Assembly: GCA_964016885.1 (NCBI GenBank)
Contig: OZ024764.1
Span: forward strand, 7,626,001-7,690,000
Direction of reading: 5' to 3'
Origin: Eledone cirrhosa
Taxonomy: Eukaryota
DNA: 64,000 nt
Under the pieces are notes generated by a model. The model saw only the letters and a list, made by a program, of their open reading frames with translations, did not search any database and had not been told where the DNA came from. Below are positions 53,863 through 64,000 of this stretch, piece by piece. Every line of letters begins with the position of its first letter. Within the stretch, counting starts at the first letter, position 1. A program made the translations under genes and the position numbers.

Positions 53863-54876
53863 AAAGGAATTTCTATGGTAAAAAATTCAATGAAACTTAT
53901 TGTGTATATATATATCTATATTTATGTGTGTGTATATATATATATATTTATATACAGTGAATTATTGGTGTTGGTAACAAATATATACACTATGCACAGG
54001 TAGAGTGTATATATTTGTTTCTACATTTGGCACAAGGCCAGCAATTACCCCAGTGTATTACTGGTACTTTATTTTATCGACCCCCCCCCCCCCCCCGTAA
54101 GAATGAAAGGCAGAGTTAACTTTGGCAGGAATTGAACTCGGCCGTAAAAGGCCGTAACTCTATGCTGCAAAGCACGGCGTCCAACCCTCAACCGATACTG
54201 CCAGTGTGTATAATAGAAGAAAAAGTTTCATTTATACATAAAAGACATTTATTCTGTATTGAGCTTATGCAGGTGACCCATAGGGAGTTATGGATCTGTC
54301 TGAAGAGCAGATCAATACTGGAGTCAGGTCCATAACTCCCTATGGGTGACCTTAAGCCAACCCTCAGCATATATTTAAAAGGAATTTCCATGGTAAAAAA
54401 TTTGATGAAACTTATTTATATATATATATTATCTATATATCCATGTGTGTATATATATATATATATATTTAAAAGGAATTTCCATGGTAAAAAATTTGAT
54501 GAAACTTATATATATATATATATTTATATATATCCATGTGTGTATATATATATATATATTTAAAAGGAATTTCTATGGTAAAAAATTTACAATAAATGTC
54601 TTTTACATGTAAATGGAACTTCCTTGTTTTTTTTCTATTATATATATATATATATATATTGTTATACTTTGGGAGGGTCATGTTGCCAATGAGAAACACA
54701 CGCACCAGTTGCTTTCACTCCAATTTATTATAAATTAAATTTATAAATTTCCGTCTGGTTGGTTGGTTGGTTCCACAACCGGACGGTTGTTCATATATTG
54801 TCAAAGTTCTTTTCGTCACACATTCTGTGACCTCTTCAGCGACTGGGGATTCTTTTCTTTGTTTTGTGCCTCTTCT

Positions 54877-54922
54877 TTGTTCTGAAGAGGTCACAGAATG
54901 TGTGACGAAAGAACTTTGACAA
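54877..54922 (+). ncRNA. Minimal hammerhead ribozyme in palindrome 54658-55063 (mirror ~54797-54843 on -)
   Basis: CTGAAGA-GGTCACA GAATG TGTGAC-GAAA-GAAC-TT-TGAC. Confidence 0.68.
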
Positions 54923-56562
54923 TATATGAACAACCGTCCAGTTGTGGAACCAACCAACCAACCGGAAATTTACAAATTTAATTTATAATAAATTGGAGTG
55001 GAGTGAAAGCAACTGGTGCGTGTGTTTCTTATTGGCAACATGACCCTCCCAAAGTATAACAATATCGGTTTCAACACACGTTTTCAGATAAAGAATCTTG
55101 CTAAACAAATTCAGAAACAAAATATATATATATATATATATATTTATTAAAATAACAGATTAAAGTTTATGGGTGTATATATGTAGTATATATAGAATGA
55201 TATGATATTCTAAATCTTGATAAAATTTCTTCAAACTAGATGAGAGATAGTGTGGATGGGAGGAAGAGGGGTGGGGAACTAGTAATATAGTGTGAGTAGA
55301 TATATATAGTGTATATGTATATAGTGTATATGTATATATATATATAGTGTGTGTATATATATATAGTGTGTGTAGATATATATAGTGTATATGTATATAT
55401 ATATATATAGTGTGAGTAGATATATATAGTGTATATGTATATAGTGTATATGTATATATATGTATATAGTGTATATGTATATATATATATATAGTGTGTA
55501 TATATATATATATATATATAGTGTGTATATATATATATATATATAGTGTGTATATATATATAGTGTGTGTAGATATATATAGTGTATATGTATATATATA
55601 TATATAGTGTGAGTAGATATATATAGTGTATATGTATATATATATATATATATATATAGTGTGTATATATATATAGTGTGTGTAGATATATATAGTGTAT
55701 ATGTATATATATATATATATATAGTGTGTATATATATATAGTGTGTGTAGATATATATAGTGTATATGTATATATATATATATATATAGTGTGTATATAT
55801 ATATAGTGTGTGTAGATATATATAGTGTATATGTATATAGTGTATATGTATATATATGTATATAGTGTATATGTATATATATATATATATAGTGTGTATA
55901 TATATATAGTGTGAGTAGATATATATAGTGTATATGTATATATATATATATAGTGTGTATATATATATAGTGTGAGTAGATATATATAGTGTATATGTAT
56001 ATATATATATATATATAGTGTGTATATATATATAGTGTGTGTAGATATATATAGTGTATATGTATATATATATATATATAGTGTGTATATATATATAGTG
56101 TGAGTAGATATATATAGTGTATATGTATATATATATATATAGTGTGTATATATATATAGTGTGAGTAGATATATATAGTGTATATGTATATATATATATA
56201 TATATAGTGTGTATATATATATAGTGTGTGTAGATATATATAGTGTATATGTATATATATATAGTGTGTATATATATATAGTGTGTGTGTATATATATAT
56301 AGTGTGTGTGTATATATATATATATGTTGAGTCATCAAGTACGAAATTTGTAGAAATTTGTTTTTTTTTCTACAAATTTCAAACTTGACGACCCAACATT
56401 ATATATATATACACTATATATATATATATACACTATATATATATATATATATATACACTATATATATATATATACACTATATATATATATATATACACTA
56501 TATATATATATATATACACTATATATATATATATATACACTATATATATATATATATATATA

Positions 56563-56600
<38 letters not shown>

Positions 56601-56692
56601 TATATATATACACTATATATATATATATATACACTATATATATACACTATATATATATATATATACACTATATATATATATATATATATATA

Positions 56693-56730
<38 letters not shown>

Positions 56731-57581
56731 TATATATATATATATATATATACACTATATATATATATATATACACTATATATATATATATATATATATA
56801 TACACTATATATATATACACTATATATATATACACTATATATATATACACTATATATATATATATAGTATATACACTATATATATATACATATATATACA
56901 CTATATATATATACACTATATATATATATATAGTATATACACTATATATATATACATATATATACACTATATATATATACACTATATCTCTATACACTAT
57001 ATCTCTCTCTCTCTATATATATATATATATACACACACTATATATATATATATAGTGTGTGTATGTCACCATCACTGTCTCTGAGACAATATTTTCTACT
57101 TGCTAAAAACAAAATCACCACCATACCACCTCCACCACCACCACACCACCTCCACTCCCACCATACCATCACCACACCACCTCCACTCCCACCATACCAT
57201 CACCACACCACCTCCACTCCCACCACACCATCACCACACCACCTCCACTCCCACCATACCATCACCACACCACCTCCACTCCCACCATACCATCACCACA
57301 CCGCCTCCACTCCCACCATACCATCACCACACCACCTCCACTCCCACCATACCATCACCACACCACCTCCACTCCCACCATACCACCACCACACCACCTC
57401 CACTCCCACCATACCATCACCACACCACCTCCACTCCCACCATACCATCACCACACCGCCTCCACTCCCACCATACCATCACCACACCACCTCCACTCCC
57501 ACCATACCATCACCACACCACCTCCACTCCCACCATCACCACACCACCTCCACTCCCACCACCACCATACCATCATCATCA

Positions 57582-57666
57582 TCAACCAGAGATGTTGACA
57601 CACAGTATTTTCTGCTCCTCCTTGCTAAATCCAATGTGTTCCAAGTAATCTGACACGGAGCCATAC
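57582..57666 (-). CDS. Terminal exon of PtpB/IphP-like phosphatase
   Basis: Acceptor ttatttcag|G, phase 2; (K)YGSVSDYLEHIGFSKEEQKILCVNISG* matches family C-terminal YGS..YL..IG motif. Confidence 0.85.
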
Positions 57667-57794
57667 CTGAAATAAGAAGGACTGTAGTTAGTACACCACA
57701 CCACACTGTACCACACCACACTACACTACACTGTACCACACCACACCACACTGTACCACACCACACCACACTACACTACACTGTCAACTAACTT

Positions 57795-58340
57795 GGTAAA
57801 CACCCACAAAATTATTAACCATCTGACCAACAACAACCCTGAGCACCTTTTTGAATTCCATGTGTCTACACCCGCGAAAATATTAGATATAACGGAATCA
57901 GAAAACAGCACAGCTCCCATGACTTTCAGAAACATTTTTTCACACTCAGAGTTGCTGAAGCATGGAACAAACTCCCTGCATCAGTTGTTAGCTGTCGAGA
58001 CACTGCATCCTTTAAAACCTCCATGGAACAAACTAGCTGCATCATTTGTTAGCTGTCGAGACACTGCATCCTTTAAAACCTCCATGGAACAAACTACCTG
58101 CATCAGTTGTTAGCTGTCGAGACACTGCATCCTTTAAAACCTCCATGGAACAAACTCCCTGCATCAGTTGTTAGCTGTCGAGACACTGCATCCTTTAAAA
58201 CCTCCATGGAACAAACTACCTGCATCATTTGTTAGCTGTCGATACACTGCATCCTTTAAAACCTCCATGGAACAAACTACCTGCATCAGTTGTTAGCTGT
58301 CGAGACACTGCATCCTTTAAAACCTCCATGCTTCCTGAAA
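57795..58340 (+). mobile_element. CR1/L2-like LINE 3' fragment with ~59-bp tandem amplification of its tail
   Basis: KHFFTLRVAEAWNKLPASVV...SFK; unit CCATGGAACAAACT.CCTGCATCAGTTGTTAGCTGTCGAGACACTGCATCCTTTAAAACCT x6. Confidence 0.75.
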
Positions 58341-58646
58341 TTCTCCACTACACCTGATATTCCCCCTCCATACACTCGTACACATGTATATCATGACTCA
58401 TACACTGTTCACTTCCCTGACATTTGTACATTATTCTATGTACTATACATGCACCTTTGATGAGTTGTAGTGCACCTGAGCACAGTACACAATAATTTCA
58501 TTATTATTGTATCACACCATCACACCACTACACCAGAGTACCACACCACCACACCATCACTACACTACACCATACCACTACAGTACCACACCACACCACA
58601 CCATCACACCACCACACCACACCATCACACCACACCACCAACTTAC

Positions 58647-58765
58647 TTCTCTTCAATAAAATCCAACAGGTCCATCATGGTCTCTTTTTTAGCAGTGATA
58701 AAAACATCATCCAGCTGGTATTTTGCTGTCATCTCACTTCTCAAAACCTCTTTTTCTAACAAAAC
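58647..58765 (-). CDS. Penultimate exon of PtpB/IphP-like phosphatase
   Basis: tatttcag|GTT...GAGAA|gtaagt; VLLEKEVLRSEMTAKYQLDDVFITAKKETMMDLLDFIEE, phase 0 to 2. Confidence 0.85.
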
Positions 58766-59226
58766 CTGAAATATAGGAGAGATATTAACCCTTTAGCATT
58801 TACATTACTCTATATATACTATTGTATTTTCACAGTAAAGGCTTTACCTCACATAATATCTCACATAACATTTACTTTACTCTATATATACTATTGTATT
58901 GTCACAGTAAAGTCTTTACCTCACATAATATCTCACATAACATTTACATTACTCTATATATACTATTGTATTTTCACAGTAAAGGTTTTACCTCACATAA
59001 TATCTCACATAACATTTACTTTACTCTATATATACTATTGTATTTTCACAGTAAAGGCTTTACCTCACATAATATCTCACATAACATTTACATTACTCTA
59101 TATTGTTATAATATTGCCAGAAATATATAATAAAACACACTGTTTGGTTTGTGTTGGACATTAAATGATGATGATGATGTGAATAAGAACAAAATGTGAA
59201 ATGAATGTGAAGAATGATCAACTTAC

Positions 59227-59375
59227 AGCTGACTCTGCGTAGTTGTTGGCAATATATTCCTTATCTTTGCCGAGGCAGGCCAAAATGAGAGCGGAGAGAA
59301 CACCGGTTCTATCTTTACCGAAGGTACAGTTTAACAGGGCTGGTACACGCTCTGGACAGGATAACAACTTGAGAG
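59227..59375 (-). CDS. Catalytic exon of tyrosine/serine phosphatase (Y_phosphatase3, PtpB/IphP-like)
   Basis: ctaccag|CT...GCT|gtaagt; P-loop NCTFGKDRTG followed by ALIL..LG...I..NY..S; phase 1 to 0. Confidence 0.9.
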
Positions 59376-60836
59376 CTGGTAGGAGGAGGGTGTAAGGGGA
59401 AGAATGAGTAAGTTGAATGTAAATATAGCAAGGTAGACACAGGCTCTGCAACAGGAACAACAACTACAACACTACCACCACAACAACAGCTCCACCACTA
59501 ACACCACCACTACAACAGCTCCACCACCACTACCACAACAACACTACCACCACAACAACATCTCCACCACCACCACTACCACAACAACAGCTCCACCACT
59601 ACCACAACAGCACCACCACTACCATAACAACAGCTCCACCACCACCACAACAACAGCACCACCACCACCACTACCACAACAGCTCCACCACTACCACAAC
59701 AACAGCTCCACCACCACCACTACCACAACAACAGCTCCACCACCACCACCACAACAACAGCACCACCACTACCACAGCTCCACCACCACCACTACCACAA
59801 CAACAGCTCCACCACCACCATAACAACAGCACCACCACTACCACAACAACAGCTCCACCACCACCACCACAACACAACCACCACCACCACCACCACAACA
59901 TCTCCACCACCACCACTACCACAACAACAGCTCCACCACTAACACCACCACTACCACAATAACAGCTCCACCACCACCACAACACAACCACCACCACCAC
60001 CACCACCACATCTCCACCACCACCACTACCACAACAACAGCTCCACCACTAACACCACCACTACCACAATAACAGCTCCACCACCACCACCACCACTACA
60101 ACAACAGCACCACCACCACTACCACCACCAAAACAACACCACCACCACCACTACAACAACAGCACCACCACCACTACCACAACAACAGCTCCACCACCAC
60201 TACTACCACAATAACAGCTCCACCACTAACACCACTACTACCACAACAACAGCTCCACCACTACCACAACAACAGCACCACCACCACCACACCACTACTA
60301 CCACAACAGCTCCACCACCACCACCACAACAACAGCACCACCACTACCACTACCACAACAACAGCTCCACCACCACAACAGCTCCACCACAACAACAGCA
60401 CCACCACAACAGCTCCACCACCACAACAGCTCCACTACCACAACTCCACCACCACCAACAACAACAGTAACAACAACAACACCACCAACAACAGTAACAA
60501 CAACAACAGTAACAACAACAACACCACCAACAACAGTAACAACAACAACAGTAACAACAACAACACCAACAACAGTAACAACAACAACAGTAACAACAAC
60601 ACCACCAACAACAGTAACAACAACAACACCACTAGCACAACAACACCAACAACAGTAACAACAGTAACAACAACACCACCACCAACAACAGTAACAACAA
60701 CAACAGTAACAACAACAACACCACCAACAACAGTAACAACAACAACAGTAACAACAACAACAACAACACCAACAACAGTAACAGTAACAACAACAACAAC
60801 AACAACAGTAACAACAACAACAACAGCAACACATAC

Positions 60837-61707
60837 CTGCACAAATCTGGGTACTTCCTATCTCAATCATGTCCTTGTATTGCCCGAGGATTCCCTGGGG
60901 GTTCATGACATTCCTGACATAGAGCCTCATGAAGTTCTTAAAGCCCGTGCGGAAGACCATGTCGTACAGGAACAGGAACACGCTGTAGAGCCGGATGTAC
61001 CACGGAGCCCTCCTCAGCACCAGCCAATGGTAAGACTTGAAGATGTCCATCAAATAATGTTGTCGCTCCTCTGAATCCCCGTTGCCGTTCTCGTTGTCAA
61101 TGACGGCGGCGGCAGGGTGGTTGTCGTCGGCAACGGCGGGGGTGTCGGCGGCAGGGTGGTTGTCGTCGGCAACGGCGGGGGTGTCGTCGTCGGCAACGGC
61201 GGGGTTCTCGTCAAGGAGACCGTCACGCCGGCTGCCCTTGTCGTCGTGTCTGTTGTCGTCCAGGTGATCATCCCGTGAAGCGCTGCCGGGCGCTCCACCG
61301 GTTTCGGCGTCGGCGTCGGCAGAAAGTCCAGGCCGCCGCGACGACGGTGTCTTCTGTGGCGGCTGTGACAACAGCGATGACGGCGAACCAGATAGTGTTG
61401 ACAGCGACGGCGAAGACGCCGACGGTGTTGGCATTTGTCCATGCTGTCGCTGTTGCTGTTGCTGTCGCGACGATCCGAATGACGGTGACAATGATGACGA
61501 AGGTGTTGTTTGTGTCGGTGTTGTTGGTGGTGTTGTTGTTGTAGTAGTAGTAGTGGAGGAGGCACGAGAATGAGTATTAGATGTCGTAGCAGGAGAGCGA
61601 GGGGATCCTGAGGGTGAGGACACGCTCCGACACACATTGTGTCGCTCCACCGGTTCACCCTTCACGGTTTCCTGCCTCTTATATATTCGTTGTTGCGGAA
61701 ACTTTAG
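60837..61707 (-). CDS. Large internal exon of the same phosphatase, with low-complexity insertion (upstream exons not identified)
   Basis: ttctttccag|CTA...GCAG|gtatgt; 871 nt open, phase 0 to 1, ends GILGQYKDMIEIGSTQICA. Confidence 0.85.
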
Positions 61708-61904
61708 CTGGAAAGAATGAAAAAAAAATAACAACACATAAGATTGTGACATGGAGACAATTAGTAATATAATAGTTTCTTAAACAGGCACAAGGCCAGC
61801 AATTATCCCAGTACATTACTGGTACTTTATAATATAGTTTCTTATATAGGCACAAGGTCGGTAATTTTTGTGGGGAGGGGAAAGTTGATTAAATTGAACC
61901 CAGT

Positions 61905-62600
61905 GCATATATACATACATATATACATACGTATATGCATCCATATATACATACATATATGCATACATATATGCATACATATATGCATACATATATACAG
62001 ACATATATGCATACATATATGCATACATATATGCATACATATATGCATACATATATGCATACATATATACATACATATATACATACATATATGCATACAT
62101 ATATGCATACATATATACATACATATATACATACATATATGCATACATATATGCATCCATATATACATACATATATGCATACATATATACATATATGCAT
62201 ACATATATGCATACATATATACATATATACATACATATATGCATCCATATATACATACATATATGCATACATATATACATACATATATACATACATATAT
62301 GCATACATATATACATACATATATGCATACATATATACATACATATATACATACATATATGCATACATATATGCATACATATATACATACATATATACAT
62401 ACATATATACATACATATATACATACATATATACATACATATATGCATACATATATGCATACATATATGCATACATATATGCATACATATATGCATACAT
62501 ATATGCATACATATATACATACATATATGCATACATATATGCATACATATATGCATACATATATGCATACATATATACAAACATATATACAAACACACAT
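61905..62600. repeat. 12-bp (CATACATATAT[G/A]-like) tandem repeat
   Basis: Direct inspection. Confidence 0.9.
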
Positions 62601-62936
62601 GTATTGTTTCCTTGAGCAAGACACTTTATTTCACATTGCTCCAGTTTACTCAGCTGTAGAAATGAGATGATAGGGACTGGGGTCCCTATCATTCCATTGT
62701 AAAGTGGTCGTGGAGGTGCCACGGCAAAAAGGCACCCAGCACTCACTGTAAATGAGGTTGGTGTTAGGAAGGGCATCCAGCTGTAGAAATCAAGCCAGAA
62801 TCAGTTCCTGTCCCACCCTTGCAAGCGGGGAAAAAGCCGACGTAAAATGAAATGATGATGATGATGATGATATATATTTATTAAAATAACAGATTAAAGT
62901 TTATCTTTGGATTTTAGTCTTCAAATTTATTATTAT

Positions 62937-62984
<48 letters not shown>

Positions 62985-63331
62985 ATATATAGAAGAGCTT
63001 CTACAGGACTAGAACTCTTTCATTCGTGAGAAATCATCAGGAAGCTGGCTGTCCAAGTAAATGGTAAAGAATTAGCTTTTAATGAATCCCCTTTCTTTAA
63101 ATCCTTCAACCAATGACCTCCACCCATCCCAATCCCCACTCTCTCCTACCACCAGATAAGGAAAGACATAAATACTACCATTTACTTGGACAGCCAGATT
63201 CCTGATGATTTCTCACGAATGAAACAGTTCTAGTCCTGTAGAAGCTCTTCTATATTAAAACTTTTATACTCTGCTATGTATTGAGTACCTTACTTACTGT
63301 GGTTACCTCCGATTCAACCCAGAATAACTTA

Positions 63332-63368
<37 letters not shown>

Positions 63369-64000
63369 TAGAAAGTGTCAGGGCCCATATATATATATAG
63401 CTCGAAAGTGACACAGAGGAGACTGAGGTTAGCTGGACATGCTCACCGACATCCAGAGTTGACACTGCACTCAGTGCTCCTGTGGGAGCCCCTGCATTGA
63501 CACACTGGAAGAGGAAGACCAAGGTTAACATATGTTGATGCCCTAAGGACAGACACTGGTCTCTTGGAGACGCAGGACATGGCAGCGATAATGAGGGACA
63601 GAGACCGCTGCAGAGAACTCGTCCTAGATAGATATATATATATATATAGTAATAATAATAAATGTGAAGACTAAAATTCAAAGAAGGCTCGATAAGGATA
63701 AATATATATCAAATATATAAGAACCATAGAGCAAATATTTATTAAAATAACAGATTAATGTTTAAGCAAAGAATTGCTGCTTTCGTCCTTAACGGGATCT
63801 TCTGAAACTAAAAAAAAATCAGTTAGTTTCAGAAGATCCCGTTAAAAATGGAACAGCGATTCTTTGCTTAAACTTTAATGTTATTTTAATAAATATATCT
63901 ATATATATATACACACATATATGTGAGTGTGTGTGTGTGTATAATGTATGTTTACAATATAGGTGATGCCATCAAGTCCAGAGAGAAGCATGAAGTTGTA

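Noticed and set aside
47446-57582. ACOT nested in an intron of the phosphatase gene
   Set aside because: Phosphatase CDS terminates at 57582; the genes are simply convergent
63945-64000. Possible upstream exon of the phosphatase at the window edge
   Set aside because: Too short, weak donor, no recognisable motif

Overview
AT-rich, microsatellite-saturated animal genomic DNA; the repeat and SINE landscape suggests a cephalopod (octopus-like), which is an inference. Five protein-coding genes can be reconstructed by eye. (1) A minus-strand, multi-exon gene for an unrecognised secreted protein (exons 16197-16155, ~7594-7239, 4868-4697, 109-<1). (2) SDHAF1 (29431-29814) and (3) TAMM41 (30972-33053), intronless and in tandem on +, apparently within one exon and separated only by an ATG-free trinucleotide-repeat spacer: a candidate bicistronic or shared-promoter mitochondrial locus. 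(4) An intronless BAAT/ACOT-family thioesterase ending in the peroxisomal signal SQL (47446-49302). (5) The last four exons of a minus-strand PtpB/IphP-like phosphatase (61707-57582). The rest is mobile DNA: a deleted mariner, RTE and CR1-like LINE fragments, three SINE families, a GIY-YIG Penelope-like fragment, piggyBac-type MITEs that have seeded 72-bp satellites, and a dozen or more long fold-back palindromes, many carrying minimal hammerhead ribozymes (one family with a compensatory U3-A8 core). Most ORFs in the supplied track are microsatellite artefacts.
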